Origin: Myxococcota bacterium
GTDB taxonomy: Bacteria > Myxococcota_A > UBA9042 > PHBI01 > JAWLBL01
Length of the DNA: 64,000 nt
Direction: 5' to 3'
Assembly: GCA_041687695.1 (NCBI GenBank)
Contig: JAWLBL010000025.1
Location: 64,001 to 128,000, forward strand
The notes under the pieces were generated by a model. The model saw nothing but the letters and a program-made list of their open reading frames with translations. It was not told where the DNA came from and did no database searches. This document shows, in pieces, positions 17,989 to 28,386 of this stretch (position 1 is the stretch's first letter; every line of letters starts with the position of its first letter). Position numbers and translations under genes: made by a program.

Positions 17989-19803
17989 GTGGATCGCCTG
18001 AAACGCTTCTGGCACGACTACGCGCGACGCTACACGGGCTGGTACCTGCTGGGGTTCCTGTTCCTGCTCGCCACCAACGTGCTGACCGTCGCCATCCCCG
18101 GCTTCGTCCAGGAGGCCGTCGACGCGCTCGACGCCGGCCGCGGCGCCGACCCGGCCGCCGCCTGGTCGCTGGCCATCGTGGCCGCGGGCGCCGGCATCAT
18201 CGTCGTCCGCACCCTCAGCCGCACCCTGTTCTTCAACCCCGGCCGCACCATCGAGTTCCGCCTCAAGGGCCGCATGTTCGACCACCTGCTCGACATGCCG
18301 CGCGCCTTCTTCGACCGCATGCGCCCCGGCGAGATCATCAGCCGCGGCACGAACGACGTGAACTCGGTCCGCGCCCTGGTCGGCTTCGCCTCGCTGCAGC
18401 TGTTCAACGTCGCCTTCACCCTGGTGCTGACCCTGGGGAAGATGGCCATCGCCAACGCGGCCCTGACCTTCTGGTGCGTCCTGCCCCTCATCGCCGCCGC
18501 CCTGGTCATGCGCGTCGCCGTCCGCGCCATGTTCAAGCTGGTCGCCGCCACGCAGCAGCAGGTCGCGACCCTCAGCGAGCGCATCCTCGAGAGCTACAGC
18601 GGCGTCGGCGTGCTGCAGGCCTTCGGCGCCGAAGCCGGCGCCAAGGCCCGCTTCGACCAGGCCAACGACGAGCTGCTGCGCCTGGGCGTCGATCTCGGCA
18701 AGGTCAGCGCCTGGCTGCTGCCCATCGTCTCGGTGGTCGGCAACGTGTGCATCGTCATCCTGCTCTACGTCGGCGGCGGCATGGTCGTCCGCGAGCAGCT
18801 CACCGTCGGCGAGCTGGCCGCCTTCGCGGTCTACATCAACATCCTGGTCAGCGGCCTGACCAGCCTCGGCTGGCTGGTCAACTCGGCCCAGCGCGGCTGG
18901 ATCTCGCTCGGCCGCGTCTTCGAGGTCGTCGAGACCCCCTCGAACCGCCCGCCGGCCGTGGCCACGGTCCCGCCGCCGGAAGATGGGGGCGGCCACGCGC
19001 TGACCGTCGAGGGCCTGACCTTCGACTACGCCGACGTGAACCCCGCGACCGCCGAGGCCGAGCGTCGCGCCGAGCCCGCCCTGCGCGACGTGACGTTCCA
19101 GGTCGCCCCGGGCGAGCGCCTGGGCCTGTTCGGTCTGACCGGCGCCGGCAAGTCGACCCTGCTCAACGTCCTGGCCCGCGTGTACGACCCGCCCCCGGGC
19201 ACCGTGCGCCTGGGTGGCGTCGACGTCCGCGACGTGCCCACGGCCGACTACTGGCGCGAGGTCGCGCTGGTCCCGCAGGACGCCTTCCTCTTCAGCCTCA
19301 GCCTGCGCGAGAACATCGGCCTGTCGGCCCCGCTCGGCGGCATCGACGACGCGCGCGTCGCCGCGGCGGCCGAGGACGCCGCCCTGACCGACGACCTCGC
19401 GGCGCTGCCCGAGGGGCTCGAGACCCGCGTCGGCGAGCGCGGCATCATGCTCTCGGGCGGCCAGCGCCAGCGCACCGCCCTGGCCCGCGCCTTCTACCGC
19501 GACGCCCGCGTCCTGCTGCTCGACGACGTCATGAGCGCCGTCGACCACGCCACCGAGAAGCGCCTCATCGACGCGGTCTACCGCCGGGCCGCCGGCGCCA
19601 CGCTGGTCATCGTCTCGCACCGGGTCAGCGTCCTCGCCCGCGCCGACCGCATCCTCGTGCTCGAGGACGGCCGCGTGGTCGACGAGGGCACCCACGACGA
19701 GCTGGTCCGCCGCGACGGCCCCTACGCGCGCGCCTGGACGCTGCAGCAGGCGCGCGAGGCCATCGAGGACGACGCCCAGACCCGCGAGGTGGCCGGTGCC
19801 TGA
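17989..19803 (+). CDS. ABC exporter, fused permease + ATPase (heterodimer subunit A)
   Basis: TM domain, Walker A GLTGAGKST, LSGGQRQR, degenerate Walker B LLLDD. Confidence 0.92.
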   Translation: MDRLKRFWHDYARRYTGWYLLGFLFLLATNVLTVAIPGFVQEAVDALDAGRGADPAAAWSLAIVAAGAGIIVVRTLSRTLFFNPGRTIEFRLKGRMFDHLLDMPRAFFDRMRPGEIISRGTNDVNSVRALVGFASLQLFNVAFTLVLTLGKMAIANAALTFWCVLPLIAAALVMRVAVRAMFKLVAATQQQVATLSERILESYSGVGVLQAFGAEAGAKARFDQANDELLRLGVDLGKVSAWLLPIVSVVGNVCIVILLYVGGGMVVREQLTVGELAAFAVYINILVSGLTSLGWLVNSAQRGWISLGRVFEVVETPSNRPPAVATVPPPEDGGGHALTVEGLTFDYADVNPATAEAERRAEPALRDVTFQVAPGERLGLFGLTGAGKSTLLNVLARVYDPPPGTVRLGGVDVRDVPTADYWREVALVPQDAFLFSLSLRENIGLSAPLGGIDDARVAAAAEDAALTDDLAALPEGLETRVGERGIMLSGGQRQRTALARAFYRDARVLLLDDVMSAVDHATEKRLIDAVYRRAAGATLVIVSHRVSVLARADRILVLEDGRVVDEGTHDELVRRDGPYARAWTLQQAREAIEDDAQTREVAGA

Positions 19804-21577
19804 CGCGACCCCCGACACGGCCGCCCAGGCCCCGCGGAAGGCGCGCAGCCTGGCCGTCATGGACCCGCGCTTCGCGCCCTTCATCCGGCCCTACTACCGC
19901 ACCCTCGCCGGCGTGCTGGTCCTGACCGTCCTCGGCGTCCTCGCCGGCCTCCTGCAGCCCCTCCTGCTCAAGCAGGGCATCGACGAGCACGTCGCCACGG
20001 GCGATCTCCAGGGCCTCGCCGGCATCGCCGGGCTGTTCCTGGGCGTGGTCGCCGTCGGCTTCACGGCGCGCTCGCTGGGGCTGTACCTGCTGCTCAAGGT
20101 GGGCCTCGAGGCCCTCGCCGCCCTGCGCCGCGCCATCTTCGACCACGTCCTCGGCCAGGGGCAGCGCTTCTTCGACCGCCGCACCACCGGCTCGCTGATG
20201 ACGCGCACCACCAGCGACGTCGAGGCCGTCTACGAGAGCCTCATCATGGGCGCGGTCAACCTGCTGACCGACGCCCTGACCATCGTCGGCATCGTCGTCG
20301 CGATGCTCATCCTCGACTGGCGCCTGACCCTCATCGCCTTCGCCGTCTCGCCGGTCATCGTCATCGTCGTCGAGGTGTTCCGCCGCAAGCTCCGCGCGCT
20401 GTCGTTGGTCATCCGCACCAGCCTGAGCCACCTCAACGGCTTCTTCGCCGAGCAGATCAACGGCATGAGCCTCGTGCAGCTCTACGGCGCCGAGGCCCGC
20501 TCGCGCCGCCACTTCCGCGCGCTCAGCTACGAGTACCTCGACGCCTACCGCCGCTCGAACTGGTGGGACGCCGGCCTGTACGCGATCATGGACGGGATGA
20601 GCGCCCTCGCCATCGGGCTCATGCTCTGGTACGGCGCGCGTTCGTTCGTCGAGCCGGGCTCGGCGGTCACGCTGGGGCTGCTGGTCGCCTTCATCGACTA
20701 CCTGAGCCGCGTCTTCGTGCCCATCCGCGAGTTCTCGGGGCGCCTAGCGACCGTGCAGCGCGCCGCCGCGGCCCTGGACCGCATCGGCGACCTCCTCGAG
20801 ACCGACCAGCGCGTACAGCCGGGCACCGTCGCCATGCCCGCCATCCGCGGCGACGTCGCCTTCGACCGCGTCAGCTTCGCCTACGCCGCCGACCGCCCGC
20901 AGGTCCTGCGCGACGTCAGCTTCGAGATGCGGCCGGGCGAGGTCGTCGCCCTGGTCGGCGCCACCGGGTCGGGCAAGACCACCATCGGCAAGCTGCTGAT
21001 GCGCATGTACGACGGCTACCAGGGCCACATCCGGGTCGACGGGCGCGAGCTCCGCGACGTCCAGCTCGAGGACGTCCGCCGGCAGGTCACCGTCGTGCAC
21101 CAGGACGTGTATCTGTTCCACGGCACCGTCGCCGAGAACATCGGCCTGTGGCAGGACGGCCTGGACCGCGCGCGCGTCGAGGCGGCCGCGCGCCTGGCCC
21201 GCGCCAGCGACTTCATCGACAAGCTGCCGGGCGGCTACGACCACGTCGTCAGCGAGCGCGGCGGCAACCTGTCGTCGGGGCAACGGCAGCTGCTGGCCAT
21301 CGCCCGCGCCATGGCGCGCGACGCCCCCATCGTCATCCTCGACGAGGCCACCAGCAGCGTCGACGCCATGACCGAGCGCCTCATCGACGACGCCATCGCG
21401 GAGCTGCTCGCGCGCAAGACGGTGCTGGTCATCGCCCACCGCCTGTCGACCATCAAGAAGGCCGACCGCATCCTGGTCCTGCACCACGGGCAGGTGGTCG
21501 AGCAGGGCACCCACGACGAGCTGATGGCGCGCGGCGGGCGCTACCAGCTGCTGGTCGAGACGGGGTTCGCGCTGTGA
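19796..21577 (+). CDS. ABC exporter, fused permease + ATPase (heterodimer subunit B)
   Basis: TM domain, GATGSGKTT, LSSGQRQ, ILDEAT, IAHRL; overlaps subunit A. Confidence 0.92.
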   Translation: MPDATPDTAAQAPRKARSLAVMDPRFAPFIRPYYRTLAGVLVLTVLGVLAGLLQPLLLKQGIDEHVATGDLQGLAGIAGLFLGVVAVGFTARSLGLYLLLKVGLEALAALRRAIFDHVLGQGQRFFDRRTTGSLMTRTTSDVEAVYESLIMGAVNLLTDALTIVGIVVAMLILDWRLTLIAFAVSPVIVIVVEVFRRKLRALSLVIRTSLSHLNGFFAEQINGMSLVQLYGAEARSRRHFRALSYEYLDAYRRSNWWDAGLYAIMDGMSALAIGLMLWYGARSFVEPGSAVTLGLLVAFIDYLSRVFVPIREFSGRLATVQRAAAALDRIGDLLETDQRVQPGTVAMPAIRGDVAFDRVSFAYAADRPQVLRDVSFEMRPGEVVALVGATGSGKTTIGKLLMRMYDGYQGHIRVDGRELRDVQLEDVRRQVTVVHQDVYLFHGTVAENIGLWQDGLDRARVEAAARLARASDFIDKLPGGYDHVVSERGGNLSSGQRQLLAIARAMARDAPIVILDEATSSVDAMTERLIDDAIAELLARKTVLVIAHRLSTIKKADRILVLHHGQVVEQGTHDELMARGGRYQLLVETGFAL

Positions 21578-23274
21578 GCGAGGGGCTGAACACGGCGGCC
21601 TGGGCCCTGGACCTGGGCACGTCGAACACGGCCCTGGCGCGCTGGGACGTCGAGGGGCGTCGCCCGCGCCTGGTCGAGCTGCCCGCCATCTGCCGCGCTC
21701 CCGAGGCCGACGACCCGCTGCAGGCGCCGCGCGTCGTCCCCTCGGCCACCCACGCCGTCCCCGACCCCAGCTTCTGGACGCGCCTGACGCGCGCGCGGCC
21801 GTTCCGCGGGCGCCCGTGGGGGCGCGAGGCCTGGATCGGCCGCGACGCCCTGGAGCGCAACGCCGCCGCGCCCAGCCCGGCCTTCGCCTTGGGCTTCAAG
21901 TCGGCGCTGTCGACCTCGCCGCTGCGGACCCTGGCCAGGCAGGGCGGCAGGCCGCTGGCCGCCCGCGAGGTGGCGCGCCTGTTCCTGCGCGAGCTGCTGG
22001 CCGAGGCGCAGCGGGTCACGGGCGAGCGGCCGCGGGACATCGCCGTCACGGCGCCCATCGAGTCGTTCGAGGGCTACCGCAACGAGGTGGCGACCCTCCT
22101 GCGCGGCCTGGGCGTGCAGCGCGTCCGCTTTTGCGACGAGCCGGTGGCCGCGGCGCTCGGTTACGGGCTGACGGCGCGCTCGAACCGGCACGTGCTGGTG
22201 GTCGACATGGGCGGCGGCACGATGCACGTCGCGCTGGTCGCCCTGACGGCGCGCGGGCTGCACGAGGGCGCGTGCGACGTGGTGGCCAAGGCGGGCCGCT
22301 TCATCGGCGGCGACCGGGTCGACGAGTGGCTGCTGACCGAGTTCTGCCGGCGGCTGGACTATCCGCTCGAGCGGTTCGGCGCGGGCGACGAGCTGGACTT
22401 CTGGCGCCGCATGGTGCTGGGCGAGGCGCGGCGCGTGAAGGAGGCCGTGTACTTCAGCGGGACCGAGCGCTTCTTCCTGCAGCCTCCCGAAGACCTGCGC
22501 CGGTTCGAGGCGCGCCTGCGGGGCGACGCGCCCGAGCTCGAGGTCGACCGGGCGCTGCTGGCCGAGATCCTGACCGCCAACGGCCTGTACGCCGCGCTGG
22601 AGCAGTGCCTGGACGAGGTCGCCGCCGGGGCGGCGACGCGCGGGCTGACCCTGGACGACGTCGAGGACGTCCTGATGGTCGGTGGGTCGACCCTGCTCCC
22701 GGGCGTCTATCCCCTGTTCGAGGAGCGCTTCGGCCGCGGCCGCGTCCGCGCCTGGCAGCCCTTCGAGGCCGTCGCCTGGGGGGCCGCCGCCTTCGCCGCC
22801 GACGCCTGGTCGCAGTCGGACTACATCGTCCACGACTACGCCTTCGTGACCTACGACGCCACGACGCACGCCCCGCAGTACACCGTCGTCGTGCCGCGCG
22901 GCACCCGCGTCCCCAGCGCGCCCGACCTGTGGAAGCGCAAGCTGGTGCCGACCTGCTCGCTGGGCGTGCCCGAGAGCACCTTCAAGCTGGTGGTCTGCGA
23001 GATCGGCCGCGCCGACCAGGGCCGCGGCCTCGGCTTCGACGCCGCGGGGCAGCTGGTCAAGCTGGGTGAGCGGGGCGAGGCGCTGGTCATCCCGCTCAAC
23101 GAGGCCAACCCGACGCTGGGCGAGCTGCGGCCCCCGCACGAGCCCGGCGACCGCGTCCCGCGCCTCGAGATCGCCTTCGGCGTCAACGCCGAGCGGTGGC
23201 TGTGCGCCTCCGTGCGCGATCTCCGCAGCGGCAAGTGGCTGATGGACGGCCAGGCCGTGGTCCGGCTGCTCTGA
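21574..23274 (+). CDS. Atypical Hsp70-family protein
   Basis: ALDLGTSNT, DEPVAAALGY, VVDMGGGT, LMVGGST; GTGA overlap with ABC subunit B; C-terminus shorter than and unlike DnaK. Confidence 0.85.
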   Translation: MSEGLNTAAWALDLGTSNTALARWDVEGRRPRLVELPAICRAPEADDPLQAPRVVPSATHAVPDPSFWTRLTRARPFRGRPWGREAWIGRDALERNAAAPSPAFALGFKSALSTSPLRTLARQGGRPLAAREVARLFLRELLAEAQRVTGERPRDIAVTAPIESFEGYRNEVATLLRGLGVQRVRFCDEPVAAALGYGLTARSNRHVLVVDMGGGTMHVALVALTARGLHEGACDVVAKAGRFIGGDRVDEWLLTEFCRRLDYPLERFGAGDELDFWRRMVLGEARRVKEAVYFSGTERFFLQPPEDLRRFEARLRGDAPELEVDRALLAEILTANGLYAALEQCLDEVAAGAATRGLTLDDVEDVLMVGGSTLLPGVYPLFEERFGRGRVRAWQPFEAVAWGAAAFAADAWSQSDYIVHDYAFVTYDATTHAPQYTVVVPRGTRVPSAPDLWKRKLVPTCSLGVPESTFKLVVCEIGRADQGRGLGFDAAGQLVKLGERGEALVIPLNEANPTLGELRPPHEPGDRVPRLEIAFGVNAERWLCASVRDLRSGKWLMDGQAVVRLL

Positions 23275-23335
23275 CGGTCCCTCTGACGGTCACGGCCGCT
23301 GGGCAGGCGCGCCCGGCGTGCTAGGCTGCCGCCCC

Positions 23336-24847
23336 ATGAACGCACGCGACACGCAGATCCTCGTCATCGGCGCCGGCTTCGGCGGGCTGGGGCTGGCCAT
23401 CCGCTTGAAGCGGGCCGGCCTCGACGACTTCCTGGTCCTCGACAAGGAGGACGGCGTCGGCGGGACCTGGCGCGTCAACACCTACCCGGGCGCGGCCTGC
23501 GACGTCGAGTCGCACCTGTACTCGTTCTCGTTCGAGCCGAACCCCGCGTGGTCGCGCAAGTTCGCGCCCCAGGCCGAGATCCTGGCCTACCTCGAGCGCT
23601 GCGCCGACAAGTACGGCGTGCGGCCCCACCTGCAGCTCGAGGTAGAGGTCACGGGCGCCGTCTGGGACGAGGGCGAGCAGCGCTGGACCGTCTCGACCGC
23701 CGACGGCCGGCGCTATCGCGCGCCCGTCCTGGTCTCGGCCGCCGGCGGGCTCAGCCGCCCCTGCTGGCCGGACCTCCCGGGTCTGTCGGACTTCCAGGGC
23801 GACCTCTTCCACTCGGCCCGCTGGAATTCCGACGCGCAGCTCGACGGCCGGCGCGTCGCGGTGGTCGGCACCGGCGCCAGCGCCATCCAGATCGTCCCCG
23901 AGCTGGTCGGCCGCGTCGCCCACCTGGACCTGTACCAGCGCACGCCGCCCTGGATCATGCCCAAGCCCGACCGGGCCATCGCGCCGCTGACCCAGGCCGC
24001 CTTCCGCCGCCTGCCCGCGCTGCAATACGCCGCGCGCCTGGCCCAGTACGTCACCCTCGAGTCGCGCGCGGTCGCCTTCGTGCTGGCCCCGCAGCTCCTG
24101 GCCCTGGCCTCCCTCGCCGCGCGCCGCCACCTGGCGCGCAGCGTCCCCGACCCGGCCCTGCGCGCGAAGCTGACCCCCGACTACACGATGGGCTGCAAGC
24201 GCGTCCTCATCTCGAACGACTACTACGCCGCCGTGCAGCACCCCTCGGTCGCGCTGGTCACAGACGGCATCGAGCGCGTCACCGCCGACGCGGTCGTCAG
24301 CCGCGACGGGCAGTCCCGCCCCACCGACGCGCTGATCCTGTGCACCGGCTTCAAGGCGGCCGAGGACGCCGCCCCGTTCCCCGTCATCGGCCGCGGCGGG
24401 CGCGCGCTGGCCGCCGAGTGGCACGAGGGCGCCGAAGCCTACCTGGGGACGACGGTCGCCGGGTTCCCGAACCTGTTCCTGCTGGTCGGCCCCAACACGG
24501 GCCTCGGCCACAACTCGATGGTCTACATGATCGAGTCGCAGGTGGCGTACGTGATGGACGCGCTGGCCACCATGCGCCGCGAGGGCCTGTCGGCCCTCGA
24601 GGTCCGCCGCGACGTGCAGGACCGCTACAACGCGCGCGTGCAGCGCCGCATGGCGCGCACCGTGTGGGCCAGCGGCTGCAAGAGCTGGTACCAGACCGCG
24701 TCGGGCCGCAACACGACCCTGTGGCCCGGCTTCACCTTCGAGTTCCGCGCCCGCACGCGCCGCTTCGACCCGGCGGCCTACCTGACCACGGCGCGCCCGG
24801 CCGTCCGTCCTGTCTCAGCGCGCCAGGCGACCGCCGCCGCGCGGTGA
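23336..24847 (+). CDS. Flavin-containing monooxygenase, Baeyer-Villiger type
   Basis: GAGFGG, GGTWRVNTYPG, fingerprint FQGDLFHSARW, GTGASA, GCKR. Confidence 0.92.
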   Translation: MNARDTQILVIGAGFGGLGLAIRLKRAGLDDFLVLDKEDGVGGTWRVNTYPGAACDVESHLYSFSFEPNPAWSRKFAPQAEILAYLERCADKYGVRPHLQLEVEVTGAVWDEGEQRWTVSTADGRRYRAPVLVSAAGGLSRPCWPDLPGLSDFQGDLFHSARWNSDAQLDGRRVAVVGTGASAIQIVPELVGRVAHLDLYQRTPPWIMPKPDRAIAPLTQAAFRRLPALQYAARLAQYVTLESRAVAFVLAPQLLALASLAARRHLARSVPDPALRAKLTPDYTMGCKRVLISNDYYAAVQHPSVALVTDGIERVTADAVVSRDGQSRPTDALILCTGFKAAEDAAPFPVIGRGGRALAAEWHEGAEAYLGTTVAGFPNLFLLVGPNTGLGHNSMVYMIESQVAYVMDALATMRREGLSALEVRRDVQDRYNARVQRRMARTVWASGCKSWYQTASGRNTTLWPGFTFEFRARTRRFDPAAYLTTARPAVRPVSARQATAAAR

Positions 24848-24873
24848 TCCAAGGGCGCGGCTGGGCGCCCGGG

Positions 24874-27800
24874 TCACGGCGCAGGCTTTCGGGCCTCGAG
24901 CTGCGCGAGCCGGCGGATGTGCCCGATCTGCTCGTAGAGTGACACGGCCTGCTCCCACAGGGCCGGGGCGGTGTCGTCGCCGCGGCGGGCGCGCACGTCT
25001 GCGAGGGCGGCGGCGGCCTGGGCCAGCAGCAGGCCGCTGCCGTCGCGGCCCGCCAGCAGGCGGTGGGCTTGGGTGAGGCGCGCGTCGGCCACCTCGAGGA
25101 GATCGGCGGCGGCGGCGGCCTCGCCGGTGATGACCAGGGCGAAGGTGCGATCGTGGGTCAGCGGCAGCTCGTCGCTGGCGTCGAGGGCGCGCTCGCCCCA
25201 CTCGAGCGCGGCGTCGTGCTGGCCGCGCAGCGACGCGATCTCGGTCAGGGCCAGCAGGGACCGGGCGGTGCCGCGCTGATCGCCGATGGTGCCCGACAGC
25301 GCGAGGGTCTGGTGGGCCAGCACCTCGGCCTCGTCGAAGCGGCTCGCGGCGGCGAGGGCGCGCGCGCGCAGCCGCAGGGCGAGGTTCCGGCACCGCGCGA
25401 GGCCCACGCGCTCGTACCGCTCGAGCGCGTCGTCGCAGGCCAGGGCCGCCCGCTCGTCGATGCCCAGGGCGAGCAGAGCCGCGCCCTCGACCACCCTGGC
25501 GCGGGCGCGGCTGAGGTCGTCGATCGGCGCCGGGGCTCCCTCGAGCAGCTTCAACGCGCCGCGAGGCGAGCCGGCGTGCAGGACCGTGTTCGCCAGGTGC
25601 GCCAGCGCCTCCCACGCCAGCTCCGGCAGGTCGTGTTCGGCGCCGACCAGGCGGGCCTGCTCGAAGCACTGGCTGGCCCGCGCGGTCTCGCCGCAGCGCC
25701 ACAGCACGCGGCCCAGCTTGACCGCCACCCGCGCCGCCTGCGCCTGGTCGGCGCCGTCCATCCAGGCGTTGAGGGCCTCCTCGAACAGGTGCACGGCCCC
25801 CCGGTCGTCGGCGCCGGCCTCGCGGAGGTCCCCCATCAGCTCGAGCCGCGGGGCCTCGTCGGGCAGCCGCTCGACCCAGGGCGCAGCCACGACGTGGCGC
25901 CCGCCCGCGATGAGCATCGTCGCCAGCCCGCGCCAGATCGTCGCCGCCGTCATGGGCGTGTCCTCGGCGTCGACCAGGGTCGCCGCGCGCTGCCAGGCGG
26001 CGAGCGCCTCGCCGAAGACCTTCCGGCGCTCGGCGTCGCGCGCCGCCTCGACGAACTGGTAGACCGCCTGGCCGCGCTCGCCGGCCTCGGCCAGGTGCGC
26101 GCCGATGAGCGGGCCCCAGCGCCCGCGGTGGTCGCGATAGATGGCCGCCAGGCTCTGGGCGGCCAGCGAGAAGAGCCTGCGCCGATCGGGGCCCTCGGGG
26201 ATGGCCGCCAGCAGCGCCTCGCGCCAGGCCTCGTTGCGCAAGTGCAGAAAGCGCGCCCCGCCGGTCCGTTGGTCGTCGCGGATCCAGCCGGTCGTCACGA
26301 GGAGCGCGAGGTCGAGATCGAGCGGCTCCACCGCGTCGGGCCGCCCCTCGCGCCGCAGCAACGTGCGCAGCAGCCGATGCGGGACCCGCGGCCCCAGCAG
26401 CGCCAGGCGCAGCAGGATGCCGTGGGCGCTCTCGCCGCCGGGCTCGATGGCGCGCAGGCTGGCCAGCCGGCGGCCCAGGATCTCTCGCTCGAAGGGTGGC
26501 AGGATCTGCGCGCGCAGCGTCCATCCGGTGGGCGTCTCGACGATGTCGCCGCGGGACACGCGCTCGCGCAGCAGCTCGAGCGCGCGCAGCGGGCTGCCCG
26601 CCGCCGACTGCACGACGTGCTCGACCAGCGGCGCGTCGGCCCCGGGCAGGGCGCTGAGGACCAGGAGCCGCATGTCCGTGTCCTGGAGCGCCAGCAGCCC
26701 CAGGGCGCGGAAGCCTTCGCCGAGGAGCCGCTGGGCCTCGACGAGCGCCGGGTCGGTGGAAGCCGGCCCCGGCTGGCGCTGCAGCACGAGCACGAGCAGC
26801 GCCGGCTTGCCCAGGGTCGCCAGCTGACGCGCCAACGCCCCCAGCAGCTCGGGCGGCAAGGGCCGCTCGCCGTCCACGTCGTCCGCGATGAGCACCGGCG
26901 GGCCCCGGTTGGCCGCGGTCGCGATGGCCCGCGCGGCGGCCTGCAGGCGCCCCGGGCTCGCGTCGGGGCCCCCCGCGGCAGCGCCCAACCCCAGCGCGGC
27001 CGCCAGCTCGACCAGCTCGGGCGCCTCGCGCACGTCCAGCACCCGCATCCCACGCTGCCGCGCCTCGCCCTTGACGAAGTCGGCCAGGCGCGACTTGCCC
27101 AGCCCGCGCTCGCCCTCGATCCAGAGCAGGCGCCCGGACTCGAGGTTCAGCGCGTCGTCCAACATCCGAATGGCCGCGGCCTTCTGCGGCGCCCGCCCCG
27201 TGAACCCGGGGGGCGCCAGCTCGGGGCCGGTCCGCGTCGTCGTCGCCGCCCTGGGCGGCGCAGCGCGCAGCTGCTGCTCGAGGGCGCGCAGGCGCTCGGC
27301 GACCTCGGCCGCGTCGCCGGGGCGATCGGTGGGGTTCTTGGCGAGCAGGCTCAGGCACAGGGCGTCGACCGAAGCGGGCAGACCGGGCTCGAGGCGGCGT
27401 GCGCTGGGCGGCTCGGGCGGGTGGTCGAGGTGGCCCCGCACGACCTGGGCCGCGGGCTCGGTGCCGAAGGGTGGGGCGCCGGTCAGGGCTTCGTACAGCA
27501 CGGCCCCCAGGGCATACAGATCGGCGGCGGACCCCAGGCGGCGGCCGCGCAGCTGCTCGGGGCTGGCCCAGGGGGCGCCGCCGCGGGTGCGATCGCGCTG
27601 CGGGTCGGCGTCGAGGGCCAGCGCGAAGCCGATGAGACGCACGCGGGCGGGATCGAACTCGGCGCCAGGGGCCAGGATGTTGGTGGGCCGCAGCTCGCCG
27701 TGGACCAGGCCGGCGCGGTGGATGTCGGCCAGCGCGTCGGCCAGGTGGGCGGCGATGGCCAGGGCGTCGGCGGCGCGCAGGCCCTCGGCCCGCAGGTGGT

Positions 27801-28230
27801 CCGCGAGGCGGCGGCCGACGGGCCGCTCGGTGGCGCGGTAGCAGGTGCCGTCCGGGCAGGTGCCCCAGGCGATGACCGAGAGGACGGCGGGGTGGGTGAT
27901 GGCGCCCCAGGCGCGGGCCTCGCGCAGGAAGGGGGTGGCCTGCGAGGGGGCGAGGGCGTCCGTGGCGGGCTGCACCAGCTCGATCAGCACGTCCGCGTCC
28001 TCGGGGTGCCGTCGGGCCGTGTAGACGAGGCCGACCCGGCCGCGGCCGAGCGGGGCGAGCAGGGTGAAGCGCTCGTCGACGAGCGCGCCGGGGAGGAGCT
28101 CGGGGGGCAGGTGCCACACGGGCTGGGTGTGCACCGGGCAGCGGCGCGCGCTCGCGGCCGTGGCCGGCGTCTTGACCGGCGGCGGCCCGCCACAGCTCGT
28201 ACAGTAGGGGACCAGGGAACGGTCGCGCAT
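24874..28230 (-). CDS. Ser/Thr (pseudo)kinase - AAA/STAND-like ATPase - TPR protein
   Basis: N-terminal CTSC..CPVH; kinase-fold motifs (SPEQ, ADLYALG, DRP); P-loop GERGLGKS, Walker B VLIADD; C-terminal TPR-like helices. Start approximate. Confidence 0.85.
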   Translation of the reverse strand: MRDRSLVPYCTSCGGPPPVKTPATAASARRCPVHTQPVWHLPPELLPGALVDERFTLLAPLGRGRVGLVYTARRHPEDADVLIELVQPATDALAPSQATPFLREARAWGAITHPAVLSVIAWGTCPDGTCYRATERPVGRRLADHLRAEGLRAADALAIAAHLADALADIHRAGLVHGELRPTNILAPGAEFDPARVRLIGFALALDADPQRDRTRGGAPWASPEQLRGRRLGSAADLYALGAVLYEALTGAPPFGTEPAAQVVRGHLDHPPEPPSARRLEPGLPASVDALCLSLLAKNPTDRPGDAAEVAERLRALEQQLRAAPPRAATTTRTGPELAPPGFTGRAPQKAAAIRMLDDALNLESGRLLWIEGERGLGKSRLADFVKGEARQRGMRVLDVREAPELVELAAALGLGAAAGGPDASPGRLQAAARAIATAANRGPPVLIADDVDGERPLPPELLGALARQLATLGKPALLVLVLQRQPGPASTDPALVEAQRLLGEGFRALGLLALQDTDMRLLVLSALPGADAPLVEHVVQSAAGSPLRALELLRERVSRGDIVETPTGWTLRAQILPPFEREILGRRLASLRAIEPGGESAHGILLRLALLGPRVPHRLLRTLLRREGRPDAVEPLDLDLALLVTTGWIRDDQRTGGARFLHLRNEAWREALLAAIPEGPDRRRLFSLAAQSLAAIYRDHRGRWGPLIGAHLAEAGERGQAVYQFVEAARDAERRKVFGEALAAWQRAATLVDAEDTPMTAATIWRGLATMLIAGGRHVVAAPWVERLPDEAPRLELMGDLREAGADDRGAVHLFEEALNAWMDGADQAQAARVAVKLGRVLWRCGETARASQCFEQARLVGAEHDLPELAWEALAHLANTVLHAGSPRGALKLLEGAPAPIDDLSRARARVVEGAALLALGIDERAALACDDALERYERVGLARCRNLALRLRARALAAASRFDEAEVLAHQTLALSGTIGDQRGTARSLLALTEIASLRGQHDAALEWGERALDASDELPLTHDRTFALVITGEAAAAADLLEVADARLTQAHRLLAGRDGSGLLLAQAAAALADVRARRGDDTAPALWEQAVSLYEQIGHIRRLAQLEARKPAP

Positions 28231-28386
28231 CGCGCGGGACCTGCCGTCGAAGGGTGGGCCGGCCACGCCCCCCCGCGGGGCGCGACCTCGCGAACGCATC
28301 CGTTCGCGTGTGCGGGGACCGACCGGATCTCCGGAGGGTCACTCCCCTCTAGAACACGAGCGTCGTCGCTCCGGCAAGCCCCATGG

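Noticed and set aside
17989..21577. Degenerate ABC motifs as a sign of pseudogenisation or novelty
   Set aside because: One degenerate and one consensus site is the normal arrangement in heterodimeric exporters.
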